Notes: generated by a model from the letters alone, not told the origin. Shown: positions 40,101 to 50,751, counted from the first letter of the whole stretch. The stretch is DNA of 63,496 bases, filler included, from Acidimicrobiia bacterium (GCA_041619515.1; 3 parts of 3 records of this genome joined end to end with filler, not necessarily neighbours in it); one strand, 5' to 3'. A program made the numbers and translations.

Positions 40101-41974
40101 GGATCACCTACTGCCAGGTTCGGCCGGGAGCCGACGAGGTCACAGAGAAGTGGGCCGCCGCCCGACGTGAGGAGGGGACGCTGGTTGCCGAGCTGGTCGC
40201 GCTCGATCAGGCCCAGCGTTCGGCCCTTATGGCCGGCGGACTCCTGCCCGTCTCCTCGACCGGCGGCTTCGACGATCCCGAGCCGATCGCATGGGTGGCC
40301 GATCCGCAGACGGCGCTGCGGCTTTCGGATGCGGGCAAACCCGGATGGCGCATCACGGTGGCGAACGCCGGACCCCCCGAAGCCGTGCTCGACGCCGTCG
40401 CCCGCACCGGTGCCGGCTTCCTGCGCACCGGGCGCAGCCGAGTGGAGCAGGCCCGGCGGTTGGCCGACTGCCCGGGCGTGACCACCCGGGTCTCCGTGTT
40501 CGTCGACACCGTCGAAGAAGCGACGACTGCCGTGGCGGCCGGAGCTACCGATCTGCTGCTGCGGGGGTGGGACAGTGAGTCGATCGGAGAGCTGCGAGAT
40601 GCGCTCGGGGCCAACCGCCTCGCCGAGCGGACTGCGCTGGCGCCGGGGCTCGAGCTCGATGACCTCCGGGCGGCGCTGGATGGCGAGCTCTTTGCCGCCT
40701 ATCTCAACCAAGTGGACGGCAGCGGTGTGGCACGCCCCCGGTACTCGTGGGCGCCCGGAAAGCCGGAAGACCCGCCGTTGCCCCGCCGCCGGTTGTCCCT
40801 GGAATGGGCCGATGCCGCTTGGAGCGGCGCCGAGCGGGTCGCCGACCTCGACGGGCTCGAGCACCCGCTGCAGGGGATCCTGACCCGCTCGCTGGCCGGC
40901 CTGCCGCCCAGCCGGGACGAGGTCGAGCAGCTGTTCCACGCCAGGGGGCCCGAGGTGGAGGCCGTCGCCGCGGTCGCAGACCATCTTCGGAAGCAGCGAA
41001 ACGGCGATGTGGTGACATACGTCGTCAATCGAAACATCAACTACACCAACCAGTGCTACTTCCGGTGCGGCTTCTGTGCGTTCTCGAAAGGCCCCAAGTC
41101 GCTCAACCTGCGGGGCGATCCCTACTTGCTCACCCTCGACGAGGTCGTCGACCGAACCCGCCAGGCCTGGGAGCGAGGGGCGACCGAGGTGACGCTGCAA
41201 GGAGGGATCCACCCGGAGTTCACCGGAGACTTCTATGTACATGTGACCGAGCTGATCAAGGCCGCGGTGCCGGACATGCACGTACACGGCTTCACCCCGC
41301 TCGAAGTGTGGCAGGGCGCCGAGACGACCGGCGCCACCGTCCCCGAGTTCCTCGCCCGCCTCAAGGGAGCGGGCCTCGGCACGCTGCCCGGGACCGCCGC
41401 CGAGATCCTCGACGACGATGTTCGCCTCCATCTCTGCCCGGACAAGATCCGCACCGCCGAGTGGGCCTATGTCATGATCACCGCCCACGAAATGGGGCTC
41501 CGGTCCACTTCCACCATGATGTTCGGTCACATCGACGGGCCCCGCTCGTGGGCCAACCACTTGGAAGTCCTGCGGGACATTCAGCGCCGCACCGGGGGCA
41601 TCACCGAGTTCGTGCCGCTGCCCTTCGTCCACATGGGAGCTCCCATCTACCTGCGGGGCCGGTCCCGTCCGGGACCGACGTGGGACGAGGTGGTCCTCGT
41701 GCACGCCGTGGCCCGCATCGCGCTCGACGGGCTGATCGACAACATTCAGGCCTCGTGGGTCAAGCTCGGTCTGGAGGGTGGCCGCCGACTCCTCGATGCC
41801 GGCTGCAACGACCTGGGCGGCACCCTCATGGATGAGAACATCTCACGCGCCGCCGGGGCCGAGCACGGTCAGCTGGCCACGCCGGAAGAGCTGGAGCGTG
41901 CAATCCTCCGGGCCGGTCGCGTTCCGGCCCGGCGCAACACCGTCTACGAGATACTCGAACAGTCGGAGATCTAG
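40097..41974 (+). CDS. cofH: FO synthase subunit CofH (radical SAM) with ~250-aa atypical N-terminal domain
   Basis: VTYVVNRNINYTNQCYFRCGFC, QGGIHP, LPGTAAEIL, NIQASWVKLG, NDLGGTLMDENISRAAGA; GTGA overlap with cofG stop. Confidence 0.9.
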   Translation: MRITYCQVRPGADEVTEKWAAARREEGTLVAELVALDQAQRSALMAGGLLPVSSTGGFDDPEPIAWVADPQTALRLSDAGKPGWRITVANAGPPEAVLDAVARTGAGFLRTGRSRVEQARRLADCPGVTTRVSVFVDTVEEATTAVAAGATDLLLRGWDSESIGELRDALGANRLAERTALAPGLELDDLRAALDGELFAAYLNQVDGSGVARPRYSWAPGKPEDPPLPRRRLSLEWADAAWSGAERVADLDGLEHPLQGILTRSLAGLPPSRDEVEQLFHARGPEVEAVAAVADHLRKQRNGDVVTYVVNRNINYTNQCYFRCGFCAFSKGPKSLNLRGDPYLLTLDEVVDRTRQAWERGATEVTLQGGIHPEFTGDFYVHVTELIKAAVPDMHVHGFTPLEVWQGAETTGATVPEFLARLKGAGLGTLPGTAAEILDDDVRLHLCPDKIRTAEWAYVMITAHEMGLRSTSTMMFGHIDGPRSWANHLEVLRDIQRRTGGITEFVPLPFVHMGAPIYLRGRSRPGPTWDEVVLVHAVARIALDGLIDNIQASWVKLGLEGGRRLLDAGCNDLGGTLMDENISRAAGAEHGQLATPEELERAILRAGRVPARRNTVYEILEQSEI

Positions 41975-41994
41975 CGCCGGCCGCGTGGGCGCCC

Positions 41995-42744
41995 TCAGCG
42001 GCCGGCGGAGCGCAGGGTGACGGCGGTCCCGGTGGCGGTGACGATGAGGCACTCGCCGAGCGGTGTGTAGTCGAGGTTGACGCCGATGACGGCGTGCGCT
42101 CCACGTGCTACCGCCTCACGAACCATGGCATCCTCCGCCATCCGGCGGTCATCGGCCAGCTCCCGAGCCAGGGTGTCGGCTCCCGCCGCCGTCTCCAGCA
42201 GAGCGCCGAGCCGCGAGCCGTCGATGGCGCAAGCCGATTCACCGGTCACCATGCCGAGGTTGGAATCGATGTCCCAGTTGGGGACCGAAGTGGTCGTTGT
42301 GACGATGGGACGCCACACTTTCGTGCCGTCGGCTTCGCGCACCCAACCCTGGATCGATTCTCTCCACAGATCCCCCCACTCCGGGGCGGGGTGGTCGGTC
42401 AGCGAGCGGGCCGGGCGCTCTTCCGCCGCCTCGACCATGATCCAATCGGTGTTTCGCCGGGGCCGGGCGGCCTCGCTCGTGGTGGCAGCCGGCTCCTGTG
42501 CCCGGCCTTCCCGTTCCAATGGAGACCCGGCGGCGTCGCGTTGGAAGATGGTGCGAGCGTCGGGCCGGATGTCGACGATGACCGCTTCGGTAGCCTGCTG
42601 CCTCCGCCCCTCGGGGACGTGGTCCTCGTCGAGGCTGCGACGGGCGGCGGCCAGCGCCTTGAGAAGGGGGCGTACGTTGTCCTCCTCGGGTCGATCGCGC
42701 CGTCGGGTGGTCCAGGAATCCTCCACCGTGCCCTCTTGTGTCAT
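41995..42744 (-). CDS. Hypothetical protein with C-terminal YbjQ/heavy-metal-binding-like domain
   Basis: IVTTT...LGMVTGE...RGAHAVIGVNLDY...VTATGTAV. Confidence 0.7.
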   Translation of the reverse strand: MTQEGTVEDSWTTRRRDRPEEDNVRPLLKALAAARRSLDEDHVPEGRRQQATEAVIVDIRPDARTIFQRDAAGSPLEREGRAQEPAATTSEAARPRRNTDWIMVEAAEERPARSLTDHPAPEWGDLWRESIQGWVREADGTKVWRPIVTTTTSVPNWDIDSNLGMVTGESACAIDGSRLGALLETAAGADTLARELADDRRMAEDAMVREAVARGAHAVIGVNLDYTPLGECLIVTATGTAVTLRSAGR

Positions 42745-42789
42745 GCTTCCCCTGTGAAACTCCGCCGACAGCCAGGATAACCTGTGACC

Positions 42790-43479
42790 GTGAAAATCTC
42801 GGTGATCACTATGTTTCCCGAGTTCTTCGAATCCCCGCTCGGTGTCAGCCTGGTCGGCCGCGCCAAGGAGGCGGGCATCATCGACGTCGACGTTGTTGCG
42901 CTGCGCCCGTTCGGCCTCGGGCGCCACCACAAGCTCGACGGTGCCCCCTTCGGCGGAGGTGCCGGCCTCGTGATGCGGGTCGAGCCGCTGGCGGCTGCGC
43001 TCGCACCGTTGCAAGCCAGCCATCGCGTGCTGCTCTCGGCGGCGGGCCACCGGCTGACGCAGGCGTCGCTCGACCGTTTCGCCCGGCTCGACCATCTGAC
43101 CCTCGTGTGCGGACGCTATGAGGGGGTGGACGAGCGCGCCGCCGAGCACCTCGTCGACGAGGAGGTTTCCCTGGGCGACTACGTCCTCCTGGGCGGGGAG
43201 GTCGGCGCACTGGCCATCATCGAAGGGGTTGTGCGGCTGCTACCCGGTGTGGTCGGAAACCCGGAATCGGTGCTGAACGAGTCTTTCCGTGATGGGTTGG
43301 TGGAGGAGCCGGTCTACACCCGTCCGGCCGAGTTCCAGGGGTGGGAGGTGCCGGAAGTGCTGCTGTCCGGCAACCACGAGCTCATCGAGCAATGGCGTCG
43401 CGAGCAGCGCCGGCGCCGCACCCGGCAGCGGCGCCCAGACCTGTGGCGAGAACTAGCGATAAGCGAAGACCCGGAGTAG
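42790..43479 (+). CDS. trmD: tRNA (guanine-N1)-methyltransferase
   Basis: [42 protein letters not shown]. Confidence 0.97.
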   Translation: MKISVITMFPEFFESPLGVSLVGRAKEAGIIDVDVVALRPFGLGRHHKLDGAPFGGGAGLVMRVEPLAAALAPLQASHRVLLSAAGHRLTQASLDRFARLDHLTLVCGRYEGVDERAAEHLVDEEVSLGDYVLLGGEVGALAIIEGVVRLLPGVVGNPESVLNESFRDGLVEEPVYTRPAEFQGWEVPEVLLSGNHELIEQWRREQRRRRTRQRRPDLWRELAISEDPE

Positions 43480-43525
43480 AGTTCCGCCTCCGGCAACCGG
43501 CCGGGCATCGTTGCGCGAGGATCCC

Positions 43526-43867
43526 ATGGGCATCATTCAAGACGTCGAACACGGCTACTTGCGAGATGACATCCCCGACTTCGGCCCCGGCGACAACCTG
43601 CGGGTGCATGTGCGGGTGGTCGAGGGCGGCCGGGAACGCATTCAGGTGTTCGAAGGCGTCGTCATCGCCAGAGCCGGCTCGGGCGTCCGTGAGACGTTCA
43701 CCGTCCGCAAGGTCGCCTTCGGGGTCGGGGTGGAGCGCATCTTCCCGGTGCACGCTCCCATCATCTCCTCGATCGAAGTCGTGCGACGGGGAGCGGTGCG
43801 GCGAGCCAAGCTCTATTACCTGCGCGACCGCGTCGGCAAGGCGACCCGTATCAAGGAAAAGCGCTGA
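43526..43867 (+). CDS. rplS: 50S ribosomal protein L19
   Basis: [36 protein letters not shown]. Confidence 0.98.
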   Translation: MGIIQDVEHGYLRDDIPDFGPGDNLRVHVRVVEGGRERIQVFEGVVIARAGSGVRETFTVRKVAFGVGVERIFPVHAPIISSIEVVRRGAVRRAKLYYLRDRVGKATRIKEKR

Positions 43868-43942
43868 CCGTTCAAGGACCGGGCCTCCGGGTCCGATATT
43901 CTCCTCGCTCGCTCAATAGCCCACCGCGACTAGCGTTCCGAC

Positions 43943-44415
43943 ATGGCCCCAGATCCCATTCCTGAAGAGGAGCTTCCGCCGCGACTGCGGTTCGAGCGCG
44001 CCATCAAAGACGAGCCACAGGTGTTTCGCTCCGTCCGGCCCCACCCGGACGATGATCTTGCCGCCGAGGGCGGCGACCGGGGCGACGCCGCCGATGGTCC
44101 CTCCGAGCCCGCCGATCCGGACAGCCACGCGTCGATTCTCGAGCGTTTCGAGGCTCTGAAACGGACCCTCGGCCAGGAGATCGCCCCCGCCTCCCCGGCG
44201 CCGGCTCCGCCGGCCCAGCCAGCGCCCGATGAAATGCTTCCGGCGGCCGACGGCAAGGGAGCCCGGCCCGCCCCCGCTCTCCCGGCGCGGCCGTCCTCAG
44301 AACACGTGGCCGCCGCCGACGATCACGCCTCCCCGGCCCACGCGGAGGACCCGGACGGATCGTTCGAAGCGCTGCAAGCGCGCGTACGCCAGATGAAACG
44401 CCGGGAGCAGGAAAC
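43943..44415 (+). CDS. Hypothetical Pro/Ala-rich protein, truncated by contig end
   Basis: Open frame into the gap; TAGCGT 6 nt before ATG. Confidence 0.5.
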
Positions 44416-44515
44416 NNNNNNNNNNNNNNNNNNNNNNNNNNNNNNNNNNNNNNNNNNNNTTAATTAATTAANNNNNNNNNNNNNNNNNNNNNNNNNNNNN
44501 NNNNNNNNNNNNNNN
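44416..44515. other. Artificial contig linker
   Basis: 100-bp N spacer with TTAATTAATTAA. Confidence 0.98.
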
Positions 44516-45020
44516 GATGAGCTCGGTGACCGGGTGCTCGACCTGCAGACGGGTGTTCATCTCCAGGAAGTAGGCCGCGTCGGCATCGGCACCGGGCATG
44601 GCGTCCACGAGGAACTCCACGGTGCCGGCCCCGACGTAGTCGACCGCACGGGCCGCCGCGACGGCCGCAGCGCCGAGGTGCCCTCGCAGTGCGGGGGTGA
44701 CCGCCGGTGACGGCGCCTCCTCGACGACCTTCTGGTGGCGACGCTGGATCGAACACTCGCGTTCGAACAGGTGGATGACGTTGCCGTGGGTGTCCCCGAA
44801 GACCTGGACCTCGATGTGGCGTGACCGCTCGACGTAGCGCTCGACGAGCATCCGGTCGTCGCCGAAGGCCGCCTGGGCCTCCCGGCGTGCCGCGGCCAGC
44901 GCGTCCGCGAGCGCGTCGGCCGACGACACGATCCGCATGCCCTTCCCACCACCGCCTGCCGCAGCCTTCAACAGGACCGGATAGCCGATGTCCCGGCACG
45001 CATCGGCGATGTCGTCGTAG
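44516..45020 (-). pseudogene. Internal fragment of biotin carboxylase (acyl-CoA carboxylase alpha subunit), missing its N-terminus
   Basis: [52 protein letters not shown]; homology stops at a REP-like element. Confidence 0.75.
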
Positions 45021-45103
45021 CCACCTCCCCCTCCGGGGGAGGAGATTGGTTGTTTCTCTCCCCCCGCAGGGGGGAGTCCGGCGCAGCCGGGAGGGGGGCA
45101 CCC
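45020..45103. repeat. REP-like palindromic element, copy 2
   Basis: 45055-45103 matches 34820-34868; preceded by partial unit GCCACCTCCCCCTCCGGGGGAGGAG. Confidence 0.8.
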
Positions 45104-45130
45104 ACCCATACCGTCCGGCAGCCCTGTGCC

Positions 45131-45730
45131 TCAGCGGTCTCCCAGCATGGCGGTGGCTTCGGAGAGGATGGCGTCGCATTCGGGGAAGGTCCGGAATGTC
45201 TTGAAGGGGATGGGCGGCTGCGGCTGGTCGGGGAGCTCGCCGAGCTGCTTCCACCAGAACTCGACCGTGTGCCACTCCCCCAGCTTGAAGCCACAGGCGG
45301 GAAAGCTCCCCGCCATGTGGAAACCCATCGACTCGTGGAACCGAATGCTCGATTCGTTGGGAACGGTGACGACGGCGACGGCGTTGGCATAGCCCTGAGC
45401 GACCAGCAGCCGGGTGAGGGCGGTGTACATGGCCCGCCCGATGCCCTGCCCCTCGTTGCCATCTTTGACGAACACCGTGATTTCGACGTCCCAGTCATAG
45501 GCGGGCCTGGCTCTCCAGCGGCGGGCGTACACGTAGCTGACGATCTCGCCGTCGCGGTCGGCCACGATATAGGGATAGAGGCCCAGCGTGTCCTCGATCC
45601 GCCGGACCATCTCGTCGACCGAGGGGACCTCGATCTCGAACGAGGTCGGCTGCTCGGCGACGGCGGGTGTATAGATGGCGTGGATCTGAGGACCGTCGAA
45701 AGCAGAGGCGACGCGAATCCTGGTGGCCAT
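45131..45730 (-). CDS. GNAT N-acetyltransferase, phosphinothricin acetyltransferase (Pat/YncA)-like
   Basis: TSFEIEVP, RPAYDWDVE, GQGIGRAMY, PNESSIRFHESMGF, GFKLGEWH. Confidence 0.88.
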   Translation of the reverse strand: MATRIRVASAFDGPQIHAIYTPAVAEQPTSFEIEVPSVDEMVRRIEDTLGLYPYIVADRDGEIVSYVYARRWRARPAYDWDVEITVFVKDGNEGQGIGRAMYTALTRLLVAQGYANAVAVVTVPNESSIRFHESMGFHMAGSFPACGFKLGEWHTVEFWWKQLGELPDQPQPPIPFKTFRTFPECDAILSEATAMLGDR

Positions 45731-45789
45731 GCCGGGATCGTACCGTTCTCACCCCTTCCGGGGCCTGCCCGTCGAACCCCGGCGACGGG

Positions 45790-47769
45790 TTACCAGATCT
45801 TGGCCCGCTCCTCAGGTGGCTTGACCAGAGGAGCGTCCTCACCCAGTTCGAAGGCCGCAGCGAACTCGGGCATGTTGACGACGGTGCCGTTGCATCGGAA
45901 GGGAGCCGGCGAATGGGGGTCGGTCTGGACTCCCAGCCTCAGGTATTCGTCGGTTGTGTTGGACCGCCAGCTGCGGGCAAAGGCGAGGAAGAAGCGCTGT
46001 TCCGGGGTGATGCCGGCCACCGTCTCTCGTTCTCGCCCGTCGAGCGCCTTACCCATGGCATGGAAGGCGATTGTGAGCCCGCCCAGGTCGGCGATGTTCT
46101 CGCCGAGGGTCAGCTCACCGTTCACCGTCAGGCCGGGAAGGGCCTCGTATCCGTTGAATTGATCGACCAGCACCTTGGTCCGCTTCTCGAACTCGGCCCG
46201 GTCTTCGTCGGTCCACCAATTGGCGAAGTTGCCGGCGGCATCGAACCGGCTCCCCTTGTCGTCGAACCCATGGGTGATCTCGTGGCCGATGACCGCCCCG
46301 ATGCTGCCGTAGTTGACGGCGTCGTCGGCATCGGCGGCGAAGAATGGGGGTTGCAGAATGCCGGCGGGAAACACGATCTCGGTCCGAAGCGGGTGGTAGT
46401 AGGCGTTGACCTCGTGGGCGCCCATTTCCCACTCGTGCGGGTCGACCGGCTCGTGCAGCTGCCCCAGCCGGCGCTGGAACTCGAAGCGGCGCGCCTGGAA
46501 GCGGGTGGTGACCCAGGGTGCGTCATCGAAGACGAGGCGGGAATGGTCGCGCCACACATCGGGGTATCCGAGCTTGGTCGTGAACCCGGCCAGCTTCGTG
46601 AGGGCGGCTTCCTTGGTGGTGTCGCTCATCCACGCCAGCTCACGGATCGACTCGCTCATCGCCTCCAGCAGGTTGGCGACCAGCTCCTCGATACGGATCT
46701 TGGCTTCGGGCGGAAACGCCGCCGCAACATACAGTTGCGCTACGACCTGTGGGATTTCGGCGCCGGCACTGCGCAGGACGCGCTGCCACCGTTCCTTCTG
46801 GCGCTTCTGCCCGCCCAGGCGCCTGCCGTAGAAGTCGAAGGACTCATCTTCGAATGCAGCAGGAAGCGCCGGGGCGGCCGCCCCCAGCAAGCGCCACCGG
46901 GCGTACCGCCGGAGGGTTGCGGGCGGTGTACCGCTGAGAATCGAGGCACCGGCCCGGAGGAAGTCGGGGTTGCCGATGTTGACGGATTCGAAGCTGTCGG
47001 CGCCCGCAGCCTCCAGCAAGGCGGGGAGCTGGAAGCCCGGCATGAGGCCGGGCAGCTCGTCGAAGCGGAACCGGTTGAACACGAGGTCGAGGTCGCGTTG
47101 CTGGGTAGCGGTGTGGGCGGCCTCTGCCAGGGCGGTCTCCAGATCGAGAATCGCCGAAGCAGCTCCCGCCGGGTCTTCTTCTCCGGCCAGCTCGAGAATG
47201 GCACCGATGTGATCGAGATAGGCCCGACGGGTCTCCACCGTCTCGTCATCATCCCGAAAGTAGTAATCCCGCTCTGGAAGTCCCATCCCGGCCTGGCCGA
47301 CGTACAGGAGGTTGCGACCGCTGTCCTCGAAATCGGGAGCGACACCGACCCCGACGGGCACGGTCACGCCAAATGGGAGCAGGTCGGCGGCGAGGTTGCG
47401 AAGGTCGGTGACGGTTCCCAGCGCGTCGATCCGATCGAGGTAGGGGCGCACCGGCTCCAGGCCCGACGCCTCGATCCGGTCGGTATCCATGCCCGCCCGG
47501 TAGAACACGCCCGCCCAATGGCGTGGGGTTCCAGGAGGTCCGGGGTCGGCCGCCGCCTCTTCGAGCAAGGTCCGCAACAGTTCCTCGTTCTTCTTGCGAA
47601 CTTCGTCGAAGGCCGCCCAGCGCGGGTAGTCGTCCGGCACCGGGTTGGCCGCCCGCCAGCCTCCGTTCGCATACTGGTAGAAGTCCTCCCCCGGGTCGGC
47701 CGTGGGGTCCATGTCGGCGAGATTGAAGACCGGATCGTCTGCCGCTGGGAGTGGGGGCCGGCTTGCCAT
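45790..47769 (-). CDS. M13 family zinc metallopeptidase (PepO/neprilysin-like)
   Basis: DFYQYANGGW, VNAYY, IGHEITHGFD, GENIADLGG, DPHSP. Confidence 0.95.
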   Translation of the reverse strand: MASRPPLPAADDPVFNLADMDPTADPGEDFYQYANGGWRAANPVPDDYPRWAAFDEVRKKNEELLRTLLEEAAADPGPPGTPRHWAGVFYRAGMDTDRIEASGLEPVRPYLDRIDALGTVTDLRNLAADLLPFGVTVPVGVGVAPDFEDSGRNLLYVGQAGMGLPERDYYFRDDDETVETRRAYLDHIGAILELAGEEDPAGAASAILDLETALAEAAHTATQQRDLDLVFNRFRFDELPGLMPGFQLPALLEAAGADSFESVNIGNPDFLRAGASILSGTPPATLRRYARWRLLGAAAPALPAAFEDESFDFYGRRLGGQKRQKERWQRVLRSAGAEIPQVVAQLYVAAAFPPEAKIRIEELVANLLEAMSESIRELAWMSDTTKEAALTKLAGFTTKLGYPDVWRDHSRLVFDDAPWVTTRFQARRFEFQRRLGQLHEPVDPHEWEMGAHEVNAYYHPLRTEIVFPAGILQPPFFAADADDAVNYGSIGAVIGHEITHGFDDKGSRFDAAGNFANWWTDEDRAEFEKRTKVLVDQFNGYEALPGLTVNGELTLGENIADLGGLTIAFHAMGKALDGRERETVAGITPEQRFFLAFARSWRSNTTDEYLRLGVQTDPHSPAPFRCNGTVVNMPEFAAAFELGEDAPLVKPPEERAKIW

Positions 47770-47910
47770 GGCGGGGAGGCTACCCGGGTGCCGGGGTGAG
47801 CCGGGACAATCCCCCTGCCCCTCGCCTGCGGTGGCCTTGGCCGCACCCGGTGCGGGGGCTGACAACCTCGGCTCAGTAGGCTTCGGGTGCTTCCGCTGGA
47901 GGAGAACGTC

Positions 47911-50646
47911 ATGAGCCACGATCCGTTTGGAGCCCGCTCCAACCTCGCCACTGCGCTGGGTGACCGCACCATCTACCGGCTCGATGCGTTGCAGGGCATC
48001 GCCGACGTCGACTCGCTCCCGTACACGATCAAGGTGCTGCTGGAAGCGCTGTTGCGCCAGCACGACGGACGGATCGTCACCGATGACGACGTCAAGGCTC
48101 TCGCCGGGTTCGATGCCACTGCAGTGGGCGAGACCGAGATCGCCTTCACTCCCGGCCGGGTGGTCCTCCAGGACTTCACCGGAGTACCTGCGGTCGTGGA
48201 CCTGGCGGCGATGCGGGCAGCGGTGGTTCGGATGACGGGCGACGAGGCCAGCGCCCACAAGGTCAACCCTCTGGTTCCATGCGACCTCGTCATCGACCAT
48301 TCCGTCCAGGTCGACGCCTTCAACTCGGGCATGGCACTGCTGATCAATTCCGAGAAGGAGTTCGAGCGCAACCAGGAGCGCTATGAGTTTCTCAAATGGG
48401 GCCAGTCGGCGTTCGACAACTTCCGGGTGGTGCCGCCGGCAACGGGCATCGTTCACCAGGTCAACCTCGAATATCTGGCCAAAGTGGCCTGGGATGACGG
48501 AACCAACCTGTACCCCGACAGCCTGGTGGGAACCGACAGCCACACGACCATGATCAACGGCATCGGCGTGCTCGGATGGGGCGTTGGTGGGATCGAAGCC
48601 GAGGCGGTGATGGTCGGCCAGCCCATCTACATGCTCATCCCGCAGGTGGTCGGATTCCGCCTGGACGGGAGGCTCCCGGAAGGCTCTACCGCCACCGACC
48701 TCGTGCTGATGGTCACCCAGATGCTGCGCGAGCACGGCGTTGTCGGCAAGTTCGTGGAGTTTCACGGCCCGGGGCTGGCCGACATGCCGCTCGCCAACCG
48801 CGCCACCATCGCCAACATGGCACCCGAGTACGGGGCCACCGTCGGCTTCTTCCCCGTCGACGACCAGACCACCCGCTATATGCGCCTCACCGGGCGCGAC
48901 GAGGCACTGATCGAGACCGTCGAGCAGTACTACCGGGAGCAGGGCATGTGGCGAGACGACGGGCGCGCGATCACCTACAGCTCCAATCTGCAGCTCGACC
49001 TCTCCACCGTCGAAACCGCCCTGGCCGGGCCCAAGCGCCCGCAAGACCGCATCAGCCTGTCGGCGATGAAGGAGCAGTGGCACCAGGATCTCGTCGACAC
49101 CTTCGGCAAAGCCGGCCCCGGCGGGCCCGGCACGGTGCCGGAATGGGAAGACGAGGGCGGCCCGGTTGCGGAAAAGGCGCCGCCCAGCTCGCCGGCCACC
49201 GTCACCTACGACGGCGAGACGTTCACCATGAAGCACGGCGACGTGGTGATCGCGGCCATCACCAGTTGCACGAACACCTCCAACCCCGACGTGATGGTGG
49301 GAGCCGGTCTGGTGGCCCGCAAGGCCCGGGCGAGAGGGCTCACTCGCAAGCCGTGGGTCAAGACCTCGTTTGCCCCGGGCTCGAAGGTCGTCACCGAGTA
49401 CCTGCAAGATTCGGATCTGATGAACGACCTCGAGGCCGCCGGCTTCTACCTGGTCGGATACGGATGCACCACCTGCATCGGCAACAGTGGCCCGCTCCCC
49501 CCTGAGATCAGCGCCGCCATCCACGAGCACGACCTGGTTGCTGCCTCGGTGCTGTCGGGTAACCGCAACTTCGAAGGACGCATCTCACCGGACGTCCGAG
49601 CCAACTACCTCGCCTCCCCGCCACTGGTCGTTGCCTATGCGCTGGCCGGAACCGTCGAGATCGACCTGACAACCGAGCCGATCGGCACCGGCTCGGACGG
49701 CGCTCCCGTCTTCTTGAGCGAGATCTGGCCGACCCAGGCCGAGATCGACGAGATTGTGGCAGGCAAGGTGACACGCGAGCAGTTCATCGAGCAATACGCC
49801 AGCGTCTTTGACGGTTCGGCCGAATGGCGGGCCATCGAGACGTCCGGGGGCGACCTGTTCGAGTGGAACCCGTCCAGCACCTACATCCAGGAGCCCCCCT
49901 TCTTCGAAGGCCTCACCCTGGAGGTGTCACCCATCGAGCCGATCACCGGCGCCCGGGCCCTGGTGAAGGTGGGCGATTCGGTGACCACCGACCATATCTC
50001 GCCGGCGGGCTCGATCGCCGCCGCCTCGCCGGCCGGGCGCTACTTGCTCGACCACGGGGTTGAGCCGCCAAACTTCAACAGCTACGGGTCCCGGCGGGGC
50101 AACGATCGTGTGATGACCCGGGGAACCTTCGCCAACATCAGGGTGCGCAATCGCTTGGCACCCAACACCGAGGGCGGGTACACCACCGACTTCACCGACG
50201 GGCAGGTCAAGACCATCTACGAGGCCAGCCTCAGCTACAAGGAGGCGGGCATTCCATTGGTGGTGTTGGCCGGGCAGGACTACGGCATGGGAAGCTCCCG
50301 TGACTGGGCGGCCAAAGGCACGTTCGAGCTCGGGGTGCGGGCCGTCATTGCCCAGAGCTTCGAGCGCATCCACCGGTCCAACCTCATCGGGTTCGGCGTC
50401 CTGCCGCTGACCTTCCAGCCGGGCGACAACGCCGACACCTACGGCATCGACGGCACGGAGACCTTCGAGATCGACATCGACAACGACCTTCAGCCCCGCC
50501 AGGCGGTGATGGTGCGGGCCACCAAGGCGGACGGGATGGTCGTCGAGATAAAGACGACCTGTCGCATCGACACTCCCGTCGAGGTCGACTACTACCGCAA
50601 CGGCGGGATCCTCCACATGGTGCTGCGCCGGATGGCGGCAGAGTAA
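47911..50646 (+). CDS. acnA: Aconitate hydratase A
   Basis: [48 protein letters not shown]. Confidence 0.98.
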   Translation: MSHDPFGARSNLATALGDRTIYRLDALQGIADVDSLPYTIKVLLEALLRQHDGRIVTDDDVKALAGFDATAVGETEIAFTPGRVVLQDFTGVPAVVDLAAMRAAVVRMTGDEASAHKVNPLVPCDLVIDHSVQVDAFNSGMALLINSEKEFERNQERYEFLKWGQSAFDNFRVVPPATGIVHQVNLEYLAKVAWDDGTNLYPDSLVGTDSHTTMINGIGVLGWGVGGIEAEAVMVGQPIYMLIPQVVGFRLDGRLPEGSTATDLVLMVTQMLREHGVVGKFVEFHGPGLADMPLANRATIANMAPEYGATVGFFPVDDQTTRYMRLTGRDEALIETVEQYYREQGMWRDDGRAITYSSNLQLDLSTVETALAGPKRPQDRISLSAMKEQWHQDLVDTFGKAGPGGPGTVPEWEDEGGPVAEKAPPSSPATVTYDGETFTMKHGDVVIAAITSCTNTSNPDVMVGAGLVARKARARGLTRKPWVKTSFAPGSKVVTEYLQDSDLMNDLEAAGFYLVGYGCTTCIGNSGPLPPEISAAIHEHDLVAASVLSGNRNFEGRISPDVRANYLASPPLVVAYALAGTVEIDLTTEPIGTGSDGAPVFLSEIWPTQAEIDEIVAGKVTREQFIEQYASVFDGSAEWRAIETSGGDLFEWNPSSTYIQEPPFFEGLTLEVSPIEPITGARALVKVGDSVTTDHISPAGSIAAASPAGRYLLDHGVEPPNFNSYGSRRGNDRVMTRGTFANIRVRNRLAPNTEGGYTTDFTDGQVKTIYEASLSYKEAGIPLVVLAGQDYGMGSSRDWAAKGTFELGVRAVIAQSFERIHRSNLIGFGVLPLTFQPGDNADTYGIDGTETFEIDIDNDLQPRQAVMVRATKADGMVVEIKTTCRIDTPVEVDYYRNGGILHMVLRRMAAE

Positions 50647-50751
50647 TCCCGGGCTTGCGCAGGCTCGGCCGGCCGCCGGAACGCCAGCTCCGCACCAGCA
50701 GGCGCCCGAGCGACGCACCGCTCGCCGCACCCACGTTGCTACCTTGACCTC

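Noticed and set aside
47770..49530. 1246-aa ORF suggesting a giant M13 peptidase fusion
   Set aside because: The extension is the antisense shadow of acnA; the peptidase starts at 47769 with its own -10 element
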